DNA of 64,000 bases, taken from positions 10,347-74,346 of the IMG/VR virus record IMGVR_UViG_3300011727_000029; one strand, written 5' to 3'. This document shows positions 10,196 through 19,608 of this stretch, one piece after another. A program made the translations under genes and the position numbers. The DNA is from a virus. Taxonomy: Duplodnaviria; Caudoviricetes. Numbering within the stretch: the stretch's first letter is position 1; the number at the start of each line of letters is the position of its first letter. The notes beneath the pieces are model-generated. The model was not told where the DNA came from, made no database searches, and saw only the letters and a list, made by a program, of their open reading frames with translations.

Positions 10196-12135
10196 TATTT
10201 TCGAATTACGCGAATGAACTCGCCTATATTCTCTTTAGCATTTTGGTATGGTAATTTATTAAGAATGTAATATTGTTGTTCTTGTTCGAAGTAATACACA
10301 ACATCAAAACGTAAATTTTGAATGTCGACTGGTGTAAGATTCTTTAATTTGATAAAATGTTTGCGGGAGTTATTTATCAATGAATCAAGTGAAAGATACT
10401 CATTTTTTATGATTTCTGAAAATGATAAATCAGAATAATCTTCTTGTGCAAAACCTGGTACTTTTATACTATCATTTATTCTTTCATAGGAAAGATTAAT
10501 TTCATTTTGATTTTCTTTTGATCTTATGAAATAGTACCTATTTGAAAGATCTTTGTATTTTATCTCTGTAGTTGGATTTCCATTTTCGTCTTCTTTTTCT
10601 TGAACTTCCTTTTGCCATATCATATAGACATTTGAATCAAATTTTTGAGTAGAGCTTACAGGAAAATTAATTTTGTCTTTTTCAACAGTGTAAATTTTTG
10701 ATTGAATAGAATCAACCTCATCTTCTAAATTTTGATTGTTCACTTTTAGGAAGCCATCATTATAATTTGAATTTTCAGTATTGTATTTGTATTTGAAGTT
10801 ATTTCTTTGAGCATAATTATTGTAAACATATTCTTCGTTAATACGCCCATTAAATTTATCAGTCCAATTAACAACTTCAGCGTTTATTCTTTCATCAGTT
10901 GTAAGAAATAAAACCTTATTATCTTTTAGAGGTATAGGAGTTAATCCAAATTGCCAAAGGAATTCTTTGAAAAAATCTTTTATTCCGAAATCTATTAACG
11001 CGTCTTTAAAACTTATAACTCCAAGAGAAATCTGATAAATGGAAAAATTGAAATTATCAATAATCAATTCATTTAATCCCCAGCTTGGCCTATTCTCATA
11101 AATTTCAACATACACAAACGAAATTACGTCTCCAATGTTAACAGAAAAATTTATTTCTAAATCTTTATTGTCCATGTATATTTTCTTATTAGTTTGATTA
11201 CCATTAATACATAGAGTTAAATTTGGTGTTCTATTATCTATTCTTCTTGGATCTGTTTGATCATTAGGTTCTTCCCAATAATACTTTGCTAACCCATCTC
11301 CTTTATATTTAATATTGTAAGTTCCGGCCTTTTCAACTTTATATTCTTTATCATTTAGCCATTCTCCTTCAATGGCATTGAAACCATTGTTTAAATCTAT
11401 ATATGAAATTCCATCATCATACAAAGGGTTTACAAGGTTTAAAACTGAACCGGTTGAAACTAATACTGGATCTATTGTAATCTCTTCAGAAATTTCTGGA
11501 GATGGTTTTGGATAAGTCATCCACCAATTAAGATACTTAGGGTTTGAAAAAACAGAGCCAATAAATGTGAATCCAAATGTTTCTTGAATTTTTTCTATCA
11601 AATATTTACATCTTATTGATGGGATAAGATATTCTATGTTTACAAAATATTCTCCCCTAATTGATAGATGAGATTTTCCATTATAATCAGCTATGATGTA
11701 TCTATAATATTCGTTTTGAAAAGAGTTATAAACAGAATATAAATCTTTGTTATGTTCTGTCTCAGAAATATCCAAATCAGTACCTATTGTCTTATTTTCA
11801 ATTGCCTTAAATAAATCAATTATTCCAGAATATAGATTTAAATTGTAACTATCATCTGTATTATTTACAATTGCCCAACCGTTATAAATAACCGGTATTG
11901 TATCTTCAAAAAGTGATGCGTTAATTTTCTGATACGGTAGAATAGAAGTATCTCCAACCAATCCAAGCCCCTCAAATATCATTGTATTTCTTTTTGTTCT
12001 TGGAAGTGAAATAGTATTTGTGAAAGTGGTTTGCCGACTTTCTACATCTCCAATATCATTAACTTGAAAATTGTATTGAATTGGATCGCTTTGATTGAGT
12101 TCGCAAAGCTGATTATTTAGATAAAGTTCTTTCAT
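10195..12135 (-). CDS. Minor tail (hub/Tal-like) protein
   Basis: 646 aa, adjacent to the tape measure gene. Confidence 0.6.
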   Translation of the reverse strand: MKELYLNNQLCELNQSDPIQYNFQVNDIGDVESRQTTFTNTISLPRTKRNTMIFEGLGLVGDTSILPYQKINASLFEDTIPVIYNGWAIVNNTDDSYNLNLYSGIIDLFKAIENKTIGTDLDISETEHNKDLYSVYNSFQNEYYRYIIADYNGKSHLSIRGEYFVNIEYLIPSIRCKYLIEKIQETFGFTFIGSVFSNPKYLNWWMTYPKPSPEISEEITIDPVLVSTGSVLNLVNPLYDDGISYIDLNNGFNAIEGEWLNDKEYKVEKAGTYNIKYKGDGLAKYYWEEPNDQTDPRRIDNRTPNLTLCINGNQTNKKIYMDNKDLEINFSVNIGDVISFVYVEIYENRPSWGLNELIIDNFNFSIYQISLGVISFKDALIDFGIKDFFKEFLWQFGLTPIPLKDNKVLFLTTDERINAEVVNWTDKFNGRINEEYVYNNYAQRNNFKYKYNTENSNYNDGFLKVNNQNLEDEVDSIQSKIYTVEKDKINFPVSSTQKFDSNVYMIWQKEVQEKEDENGNPTTEIKYKDLSNRYYFIRSKENQNEINLSYERINDSIKVPGFAQEDYSDLSFSEIIKNEYLSLDSLINNSRKHFIKLKNLTPVDIQNLRFDVVYYFEQEQQYYILNKLPYQNAKENIGEFIRVIRK

Positions 12136-12455
12136 TTCTCAATTTTTAACTTAACGCCAAACTTCTTTTCAATTAATGAAATTTGATAATTCAAATCTTT
12201 ATCTTGTTTCTGCTTTAAAATTTCTTCTTTGGATTTTTTAGTTACTGAATATTCAGTAAAACCACCATAACCACAATCTCGTTCAGCTCCATATTCATCT
12301 CGTAATACTTTCCAATTCCATTCTTCTTTAGGGAATGCTAATGAAAAAACTTCACCTTTAGATGTATTATGTATAGTAAATTTTAAAGTATTATTTGATA
12401 TTCTATAATACTCAAATCCTTTTTCTAATAATTGTAATTCTGTAATCTCCTTCAT
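12132..12455 (-). CDS. Hypothetical protein
   Basis: 107 aa, coupled by ATGA overlap. Confidence 0.6.
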   Translation of the reverse strand: MKEITELQLLEKGFEYYRISNNTLKFTIHNTSKGEVFSLAFPKEEWNWKVLRDEYGAERDCGYGGFTEYSVTKKSKEEILKQKQDKDLNYQISLIEKKFGVKLKIEK

Positions 12456-13414
12456 TACTTCATTGTTAAAATTGGTTGTTTAATTAGTTCAAGTTCGATT
12501 CTTGAATTCTTTGAATTACTTTTGAACTCATAACCGCTAGTTACTTTAACTCTTGACCATGCATTAACATTTTCTGCGATTTCACCATAATTTAAGTTAT
12601 AAACATAAACTTCTGGAGAGTGAAATAAAGTTCTTACTAACGGCTCGTATTGCTTTGGTATTTGTCCGAAAATTTTAATTTTCTCTTGTACATCTACACC
12701 TGAAGGAGATGTTATTTGATTTTCTTCTGTATAATCTTGAACATTATCAATTGTTTCATTTCCTTGCGTAACTTGACCATTTAGAATTTGTCTTGGATTA
12801 AATAACCAGTACGAGTAATTATTTTTAGAATCCAACCATTTTAAATAGGTTCCTTGAAATGGATACATCTCGATTCCATACAGTGGTCCTGCTGGAAGAT
12901 TTTGCATAGTAGCGAATTCATTTGCGTCTCCTAAGTATTCAACTTGTGCTGCAACTCTTTTATATCCATTTTCTGAAAGTTTATTTATAGTGAAAGGATA
13001 ACCTGCCCAAACTTTGACTTCTTCTGAAATAGAATGAACTCCACTTTCTAGGTAATTCTTTTCTCCTGGTTGTGACACACCGTGAACAAATGTTTTTACG
13101 ATTGTTAATTCTTCAGTAGTATCATTTGAAAAAGTTAATTTGAAATTAATTGAAACATCAGCCTGATAATCAACATCAACCTCTCCGCCTTGCAATCCTA
13201 AATCAAATTGTTTGTCCTTGAAATTTGGAAGAAAATTAATTACATATTGAGAAATATCAACTTTAAATTTTCCGTTGATAGGATAGAAGGTTCCTTTGAA
13301 ATATGTTCCGGAACTTGAAAATATTACGTCAAGTTCAACCGCATCACTTTCGATGAAAACGTAATTCGGCGTATGAACGAAATAATAATTATGCTGTAAT
13401 CCTTGTATTTCCAT
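12455..13414 (-). CDS. Putative distal-tail/minor tail protein
   Basis: 319 aa beta-rich protein in the tail module. Confidence 0.5.
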   Translation of the reverse strand: MEIQGLQHNYYFVHTPNYVFIESDAVELDVIFSSSGTYFKGTFYPINGKFKVDISQYVINFLPNFKDKQFDLGLQGGEVDVDYQADVSINFKLTFSNDTTEELTIVKTFVHGVSQPGEKNYLESGVHSISEEVKVWAGYPFTINKLSENGYKRVAAQVEYLGDANEFATMQNLPAGPLYGIEMYPFQGTYLKWLDSKNNYSYWLFNPRQILNGQVTQGNETIDNVQDYTEENQITSPSGVDVQEKIKIFGQIPKQYEPLVRTLFHSPEVYVYNLNYGEIAENVNAWSRVKVTSGYEFKSNSKNSRIELELIKQPILTMK

Positions 13415-13917
13415 TATGCTACTTGTTTGAAAATTTTAATAATATCATCTTGAAGTTGATCGCTAAATACAACTCCAAGTTCTTGAATCATTGAATCAAC
13501 ATCAGCTTCCAAAAACTCAGTTAATGCACGTGAAACTATTTTCCCTTTGTTGAATTTATTCGGAACTTGAATTCCTTTTTCAGCAATATTCCGAGCGATG
13601 ATAAATGCGAACTGTTCTTTCTTTTCTTTGAAAACAGCAGGAAGCCCTTTTTTAATTTCAATCCAATTTTCGATGTCTTTTATTGGTGGAAACTTTCCGG
13701 ATGCACGACCATTCTCAATAAAGAAAGAATGATTCGCACCCCACATGGTAAATACAAAATTCCCTTTATTAGACGAACCTTTTGCAGTCCACTCTAATTC
13801 CTCCTTGTATCGACCACTCGCAACAATCCCCTCATCTTCATAGATCTTGATTAATTTTAATTTTAAAGCCTCAAGATACTTTGTATAGATTCGTTCGAGT
13901 TGATTTTGATTTATCAT
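13414..13917 (-). CDS. Putative tail-completion/morphogenesis protein
   Basis: ASGR...E.GR..GK.PP...I..WI motif typical of neck/tail completion proteins. Confidence 0.55.
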   Translation of the reverse strand: MINQNQLERIYTKYLEALKLKLIKIYEDEGIVASGRYKEELEWTAKGSSNKGNFVFTMWGANHSFFIENGRASGKFPPIKDIENWIEIKKGLPAVFKEKKEQFAFIIARNIAEKGIQVPNKFNKGKIVSRALTEFLEADVDSMIQELGVVFSDQLQDDIIKIFKQVA

Positions 13918-14381
13918 AGTTCTACATTTATGGAGTAATTCACTTTGACACCGTCAAGATTGTTATCGTACACGTTCACGACTTCAGATTCTTTAGCACG
14001 TGTTATATTGAAATCTTCACATAATCCGAATTGATTATAGAAGCTCTGAAGCACTTTCTTTAAATGCTTGATGTGATTATCATATTTTTGATTATAATCC
14101 TTGTCATCTATTCTCGATCTAACCGCAAGAACGAATTCGCCTGTGAAATCAATTCGAGTAGGAGTAGAGAATTCGTTGAATATCGTTTCATCATCATTCC
14201 AAAGAAGCAAACAATAGATTTGCTTTTCTTCGAATGGATTTTCGCAGTCATCCGGAAAATCAACTAAGTTTTGCCAAACATCACTACCTTGATTGAACTT
14301 CCAACCAAGCGAGTTACTAATTACTTTTATTTTTTCTGCTAACAATTTCTTGCATTTTATCATTAAACATTCGCTTGTCAT
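13914..14381 (-). CDS. Putative tail terminator-like protein
   Basis: About 150 aa, tail-module position; start uncertain. Confidence 0.45.
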   Translation of the reverse strand: MTSECLMIKCKKLLAEKIKVISNSLGWKFNQGSDVWQNLVDFPDDCENPFEEKQIYCLLLWNDDETIFNEFSTPTRIDFTGEFVLAVRSRIDDKDYNQKYDNHIKHLKKVLQSFYNQFGLCEDFNITRAKESEVVNVYDNNLDGVKVNYSINVEL

Positions 14382-14910
14382 TTAACAGACATAGCTTTCT
14401 GAAAATATATTCGTATGATTTATTTAAGTAAAATTCTTCTTTCGTTGAATCTCCGTTAGTTAATCCATCAAGCGTAACATAGTAGTCGTATTTCTCGAAT
14501 TCTTCTGAACCAGCTTCTTTTTCTTCCTCGCTTGCTTCGTAGTTTAGATTTTCTTTTTCAGATTCTGCAATATCTTCGAGTTGGTTGGTAATCCATTTTA
14601 TACACGAAAAATAATTGAAGATGTCAAGGTTCAATATTTGTTTTTCGGTAACTGCATAAATATTTTTGAAAATAGAAAGTAAATCTTCGTTATCGTAATC
14701 ATGTCGAATTTCAATTAATTCAATCCATTTAAGGGACCAAAAATTATTTATTCTAGGTTCAATTACTTTTCTTCCTATTCTCAAGCTCGGATTAGCTTTT
14801 GGAATAATCAGTTTAATGTATTCCTGAACCTCATCATCAAGGAAAACGTAATCTTTGACCTTTGGCCTTTTATCGAAAATAGAATCTATTGTGTACTTGA
14901 CTTTCCCCAT
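14317..14910 (-). CDS. Putative tail assembly chaperone
   Basis: C-terminal LTNGDSTKEEFYLNKSYEY resembles the frameshift extension of the prophage 2 chaperone. Confidence 0.5.
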   Translation of the reverse strand: MGKVKYTIDSIFDKRPKVKDYVFLDDEVQEYIKLIIPKANPSLRIGRKVIEPRINNFWSLKWIELIEIRHDYDNEDLLSIFKNIYAVTEKQILNLDIFNYFSCIKWITNQLEDIAESEKENLNYEASEEEKEAGSEEFEKYDYYVTLDGLTNGDSTKEEFYLNKSYEYIFRKLCLLNDKRMFNDKMQEIVSRKNKSN

Positions 14911-16193
14911 GATCCACTTGATTTATATTCAAAATACATTCGCATTGCTAAGGCATCAGAATAATCTGGAGACCTTCCTATATTTTGTTTTATTTCTGTT
15001 TTTGGCTTTATTTTCATTTTCCCATCAGAATCAGCGTCCCAACTTTCGACTTGTTCTAATTCTTCAGCAATCCAATCTTTTTGTTGTTGAGATAATTCGC
15101 AATCAAAAAATATTTCATTGTTATTGATTTTATCAGCTAGCTTATAGTAGCATTGAGTTTTTAAGTTTTGGTAATTCTCGTCTTTTAATGCTCTTGAATT
15201 ATTTACAAAACCAACTATTTTGCAGTTGTCAACAACACCACCACCGACACCATCCTCGTCAGCAATTATATTTTTATTAGGTATTTTATATTTTACTTTT
15301 AAAGCGTTTATAGCATTCTGAATATCTGTTGTTCTACTTAAATCAAATTCGATAAGCTCTTTTATTCTCCAGCCACTCCAAACGTAAATCACAGCTTTAT
15401 CAGAACCTAATCGAGCGATATCAGCAGATATATATCCTTTAGATTCTTCAGCATGAGTATTTGTGAACACGCTTAAAATATCATCATAAGACATCAACGC
15501 ATTTGGATTGTCGTCATATTCCCAATTACCATAATACAAACGTTCTCTTGAATTTTTATCTAATGCAAGAAGTGAACTTAAATATGACTTTGGTAAGTGT
15601 GGATTATCAGTTGGTAATGCTTGAATGAATTTTCGATAAGCTTTTAAAGTCTTTTCTTTTGCTGCTTTATAAAATTCTGAGTAAGTCCAGTTCTTAGCAG
15701 GATTACAACTCCCTAAAAGTTTAGGTATTAAATTAAATTCATTTAACTTAAAACGAATACGAGATTTAACAACTTGCCATGCTTTATAAACTATCTGGTT
15801 ACATTCGTCAATAAATGCTCCTGTAATTTCTAACGAACCTAAGCTGTCAAAATTTGGATCGGATGGATATAGAAATAAATCTTTCAAGATTATTTCACTA
15901 CCATTCCACCACTTGATAATACTCGACTGAGCGTTGTAGATATATTGGTTAGCTAAATCAAGCTTAGAAGATAAATCAAAAAAGGTGTTTAGTGTAGTTT
16001 CTTTTAAAGCTTTCAATTTTGAACGCCCCATTAACCAGCGTGAGCCAGCGTAATTTTGGCAATTTTCTATCAGCCATAAACAACCAAGCGCACTTTTACC
16101 ACCTCCAGCAGCACCACCATAAAGTACTTCTTCAGTAGTATCATCTTTAAGAAAATAAAGAGCATGTTCTTGTTTGATTAATAATTCTAACAT
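14886..16193 (-). CDS. terL: Terminase large subunit
   Basis: Walker A YGGAAGGGKS, Walker B AFIDE, C-terminal nuclease SADIARLGSDK and SPDYSDALAM. Confidence 0.95.
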   Translation of the reverse strand: MLELLIKQEHALYFLKDDTTEEVLYGGAAGGGKSALGCLWLIENCQNYAGSRWLMGRSKLKALKETTLNTFFDLSSKLDLANQYIYNAQSSIIKWWNGSEIILKDLFLYPSDPNFDSLGSLEITGAFIDECNQIVYKAWQVVKSRIRFKLNEFNLIPKLLGSCNPAKNWTYSEFYKAAKEKTLKAYRKFIQALPTDNPHLPKSYLSSLLALDKNSRERLYYGNWEYDDNPNALMSYDDILSVFTNTHAEESKGYISADIARLGSDKAVIYVWSGWRIKELIEFDLSRTTDIQNAINALKVKYKIPNKNIIADEDGVGGGVVDNCKIVGFVNNSRALKDENYQNLKTQCYYKLADKINNNEIFFDCELSQQQKDWIAEELEQVESWDADSDGKMKIKPKTEIKQNIGRSPDYSDALAMRMYFEYKSSGSWGKSSTQ

Positions 16194-16702
16194 TATCCTT
16201 CTGGGTTAATTCCTTTACCTAATTGTATCACATTAATACTTTCGCCTTTAGTTGTGTGGTCTGTTTCTTGTTTATTTCTCCAGTTTTCTGATTGACGATT
16301 AGTAAGCCAAAATTTAATTGCATTTGTATCTGGAGGTAATTGTTCTTGTAATGTTACTACTTCAACACCTTCGATAATCTTTAATGTTTCAGGATCAATC
16401 TTTTTTACTTTAACTTCTTTTTCTTTAGTCAAAGTAGCTCCTAGACAATTTTGATAAAGAGATTTTGCTACTTGAATATCTGCAATTTCCTTGCCCGCGC
16501 GTATGGACTCAAAAAACTCTTCATGTTCTTTTTTCCAATTATTAATTGTTTGTTCAGTAACATTAAAAAACTCCCCTAATTGCTTATCTGTAGCACCTAA
16601 TAAACAATAATTGAAAGCTTGTTCATTATATTCTTTTTTGTAAAGCGTTGGAGCCCCTCCTTCGTTACCTTCTGCGTATTTATTTCCTTTAGGCGCTGCC
16701 AT
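16193..16702 (-). CDS. terS: Terminase small subunit
   Basis: MAAPKGNKYA start, HTH-like segment, directly upstream of TerL. Confidence 0.88.
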   Translation of the reverse strand: MAAPKGNKYAEGNEGGAPTLYKKEYNEQAFNYCLLGATDKQLGEFFNVTEQTINNWKKEHEEFFESIRAGKEIADIQVAKSLYQNCLGATLTKEKEVKVKKIDPETLKIIEGVEVVTLQEQLPPDTNAIKFWLTNRQSENWRNKQETDHTTKGESINVIQLGKGINPEG

Positions 16703-16703
16703 C

Positions 16704-16826
16704 TTAACTCATTTTTAAATACAACCAATAAATGAAATAACAAAGTGCTGCTAATCCTGTAATTGAAGTAAAAGTTGATGAGATTAAAAAATACCAAAAG
16801 ATTATGTTTTCTTTTTTTGTACTCAT
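16704..16826 (-). CDS. 40-aa single-TM peptide (not in ORF track)
   Basis: Manual translation MSTKKENIIFWYFLISSTFTSITGLAALCYFIYWLYLKMS*; fills the gap, with ATGA-type overlap upstream. Confidence 0.55.
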   Translation of the reverse strand: MSTKKENIIFWYFLISSTFTSITGLAALCYFIYWLYLKMS

Positions 16827-17005
16827 AGTTTATAGTTTTTACTTGTGTTTAATTCAAATTCGAAATGCCAAGATGTATTTGCTCCGCAAGCAACTCTATA
16901 TTGAATTGAATTTTGCTCGTATAATACTCCTGTGATTATTCTTTCTTTTTGGTCTTCGTCTGTTATTAGATATATAATATCTTCTAAATTGTATTTTGCT
17001 TTCAT
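16823..17005 (-). CDS. Hypothetical 60-aa phage protein
   Basis: ORF track; first gene after the late leader. Confidence 0.65.
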   Translation of the reverse strand: MKAKYNLEDIIYLITDEDQKERIITGVLYEQNSIQYRVACGANTSWHFEFELNTSKNYKL

Positions 17006-17028
17006 AGCTCCTTTACTTTAGTATAAAT

Positions 17029-17062
17029 AAAAAAGGCTTGGCTTATAATTAAACCAAGCCTT
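17029..17062 (-). terminator. Intrinsic terminator at end of prophage 1 late leader
   Basis: AAGGCTTGG/CCAAGCCTT 9-bp stem with a U-tract on the minus strand. Confidence 0.7.
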
Positions 17063-17310
17063 ATGACTTTTTTGGAAGTAACCACCCTATTTTGAAACAT
17101 CTATTAAAATTATCATGATAAACAAAAACATTTCTACTTCCTTTAAGCTTTCGCTTAGGTGATGAACGACTCATTTTGGACTTTTTGACTGGTAGTCTAA
17201 CCAGTACTCTTTAATTTCCCGCAAAAGAAAAGAGCCACTTCGACAGCATTAACTCAACAACATTATAGAGGCTCTTTAAACAACCAACCTAATACTATTT
17301 GAATATGTAA

Positions 17311-17318
17311 CAAATATA
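17311..17318 (-). promoter_or_regulatory. Bacteroidota -7 promoter box (TATATTTG), putative late promoter of prophage 1
   Basis: Matches TAnnTTTG consensus in the intergenic gap upstream of terS. Confidence 0.6.
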
Positions 17319-17358
17319 GTAAAAATATACAACAAGTTATATAACTAAATGAAAAAAG

Positions 17359-17646
17359 TCAAAATTTTTTTAATCTTTTTTTATGAATATCAGTTAAATC
17401 CTCTTTTGTCAGTTCATTTGCATGAGCTTTGTTATGACAGCTCCGGCAAAGGGCGATTAAATTTTCGATTTGATCCTGGAGATGTTTCATTTTCTTGCCG
17501 AATTCTGAACGACGTTTGATGTGATGAATATCTTCTGCTTTCTTTCCGCATACTTCGCAATCGTAGTACCCTGTATGACTTGGAAAATGTTCTGTGTAAA
17601 CTTTATGATGTTTTTGCATTGAAGTGAATTTATTTAAATCTTTCAT
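17359..17646 (-). CDS. HNH endonuclease
   Basis: CEVCG...HHI...NLIALCRSCH..AH motif. Confidence 0.9.
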   Translation of the reverse strand: MKDLNKFTSMQKHHKVYTEHFPSHTGYYDCEVCGKKAEDIHHIKRRSEFGKKMKHLQDQIENLIALCRSCHNKAHANELTKEDLTDIHKKRLKKF

Positions 17647-17938
17647 TGTAAATCTGATTAGCTTTTATTATTGCTTGTTTCCACCAGTTTGTAAATCCGT
17701 ATTTTGTTAGCTCTTCGTAAGTGCAATCAATGACGTGTTGAACTTCTTCTTGGCCATTCCAATCTGTAACAATCATTCTTGTGTTAACAGTGTCTTTATC
17801 GATTGTTATTGCTTTTTGAGTTTCAAACCATTCTACGATTAGTGCGCTTTTAAAACTTTCGCTTAATAAATCAAAAGTTACTTCATTGTAATTAACTTTT
17901 TTAAAGAATTCCTCTTCCGCTTTTCCTGTTAGTTCCAT
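17630..17938 (-). CDS. Hypothetical nin-region protein (MELTGKA family)
   Basis: Shares N- and C-terminal motifs with 59799..60137. Confidence 0.7.
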   Translation of the reverse strand: MELTGKAEEEFFKKVNYNEVTFDLLSESFKSALIVEWFETQKAITIDKDTVNTRMIVTDWNGQEEVQHVIDCTYEELTKYGFTNWWKQAIIKANQIYNERFK

Positions 17939-18174
17939 TACTTTATGTTTTCTGTGTTAAGTATTTCTTTTATTAATTCCGGGTTTTCCATCCAAATTAA
18001 TTCTTCTGTAATACGTTCTTTCAAATCCTCTTGTACTATTTGGATTACTGCGTTAAAAGCATTTTCTAGAACTTCATATTCTTGATATTCTACATTATAG
18101 TTAAATAGTTCTTCCCAATTTTCATACCCTTGCTCCTTAGCGTATTCGTCCTGTATTTGTTGTAGTGTTTTCAT
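17938..18174 (-). CDS. Hypothetical nin-region protein
   Basis: Homolog of 60403..60741 (DEYAKEQGYE.W...NTENIK). Confidence 0.7.
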   Translation of the reverse strand: MKTLQQIQDEYAKEQGYENWEELFNYNVEYQEYEVLENAFNAVIQIVQEDLKERITEELIWMENPELIKEILNTENIK

Positions 18175-18178
18175 CTCT

Positions 18179-18589
18179 TTAATAAATTGGCGGTTTAGGT
18201 TTTTCTATTGGTTGGTAGTGGGTAACTATTTTCATCCAATCACTATTTTGCTTTTGTGTATCAGCGTAAGGAAAATTTGAACTATGCCAATATTGAATTA
18301 CAATCTTTCCATCCCAAATAACCCAATAATCACCTTTTTCATTAGGCAAATCCTCCTCACTTTGTATTTTAATCCAACCGTTGTTGTGTTCTATCCCTTG
18401 TAGTGATTTTGGTCTAAAAATACTTACCCCACCTCCCGGCATAAACTGTACATTTTGAAATACTGATTGAACTTCTTTTAAAACTTTACTGCTTTTATAA
18501 TGCAAATAGCCGTCTTCTAATGAAATTCTATCTTCATATTTTTCAAACAATTCTCCCCAAGCTTCTTTTATTATCTCTTCTTTTGTCAT
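18179..18589 (-). CDS. DUF551-like protein
   Basis: NGWIK....LP...G.Y...VTHYQPI.KP motif; homolog of 60933..61301. Confidence 0.65.
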   Translation of the reverse strand: MTKEEIIKEAWGELFEKYEDRISLEDGYLHYKSSKVLKEVQSVFQNVQFMPGGGVSIFRPKSLQGIEHNNGWIKIQSEEDLPNEKGDYWVIWDGKIVIQYWHSSNFPYADTQKQNSDWMKIVTHYQPIEKPKPPIY

Positions 18590-18592
18590 ACC

Positions 18593-18898
18593 TTAAAATG
18601 TTGGTTCGAATGAAACTATTTTTTCTGCAAATTCTACCGCTTCTTTTGGTTCGGTAATGTTTAACCACATGAATACATTTTCAGCGTAAATACAAAACCC
18701 TTGATTGATTCCACTGTTACCAAAAAGAAGAGCCGGCAACTCATCTTCTCTCAAACCGTTTTCCTCCATTACTTCCTGCTTAATATGATCTTGAATTAAG
18801 CATTTTGAATAATAAAACATTGGATCTGTTTCGTCTTTTACGAAACCTAATGCGATGAATTTCTCATCATTATTTTTAAAAAATTCTTCTTTTGTCAT
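18593..18898 (-). CDS. Hypothetical protein
   Basis: ORF track 101 aa, MTKEE start. Confidence 0.6.
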   Translation of the reverse strand: MTKEEFFKNNDEKFIALGFVKDETDPMFYYSKCLIQDHIKQEVMEENGLREDELPALLFGNSGINQGFCIYAENVFMWLNITEPKEAVEFAEKIVSFEPTF

Positions 18899-18919
18899 GA
18901 TTATTTGTTTTTGATTAGT

Positions 18920-19261
18920 TTATTCGTGAATGTTTCCGATTATTTCGATTTCTTCTGTTTTAGGTATATCTAAATTTAAAATGTATGTGTCAGAGTTTTT
19001 AAATCTAAACGCTCCATTAATAAACTTAACTACAAATATTACAGAGCCTCCAAGTTTAACTCTATCCCCTTCAAAAATCTTATTTCCGTTTTTGTCTAGT
19101 ATCCCGGTGAAGTATTCTGAATTATTCCAATTGAAATAAAGTTCATAAAAAGATGGTTCTAATTCATTTTTTAACTCTTTATCAGAATAATATTTCCCAT
19201 TGAAGAAGTAGTAAAAACTTTCTAATTCTTCATCGTAACTTCTAATTAATATTTCTCTCAT
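18920..19261 (-). CDS. YopX-family protein
   Basis: MREIL.R...FTGILDKNG.KIFEGD.V...EIIGNIHE signature. Confidence 0.9.
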   Translation of the reverse strand: MREILIRSYDEELESFYYFFNGKYYSDKELKNELEPSFYELYFNWNNSEYFTGILDKNGNKIFEGDRVKLGGSVIFVVKFINGAFRFKNSDTYILNLDIPKTEEIEIIGNIHE

Positions 19262-19263
19262 AA

Positions 19264-19506
19264 TTAATCTTCTGTATCTAATTCTGAAAGTTCACAATCC
19301 CATTCCATACAATCACTTTCTTGAATATTAGTTGATAACCAATCTGCTGCATTCGGAAATTGCATTCCTGAAATTCCAGATGGAGAAATGGTTGTTCCGT
19401 TTTCAATACATTCTAACAATTCATCGTAAACATTATCTTCAACTTCTAAATCACATAGTGATACTGTGTATGTTATTTCAACATCTATTTGTTTTATTTT
19501 TTTCAT
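19264..19506 (-). CDS. Hypothetical acidic protein
   Basis: ORF track 80 aa. Confidence 0.6.
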   Translation of the reverse strand: MKKIKQIDVEITYTVSLCDLEVEDNVYDELLECIENGTTISPSGISGMQFPNAADWLSTNIQESDCMEWDCELSELDTED

Positions 19507-19608
19507 ATTGTTAGTGTTTTAAAATCCCCCAAATCACAATTGCAGTTAACACAGCTGTTGTAGTTAAAATTTGAATTACACGGAAACATCCGCCTTTCTC
19601 GTATTTTG

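Noticed and set aside
14317-14910. Programmed frameshift in the prophage 1 chaperone
   Set aside because: The T-like segment is already in frame and no slippery site with a long alternative frame was evident.
16697-16712. TGA GTT AAG ATG in frame ahead of prophage 1 terS, resembling the GTT-start context
   Set aside because: A normal ATG follows two codons later, and the bases belong to the end of the 40-aa upstream ORF (ATG AGT TAA); coincidence.
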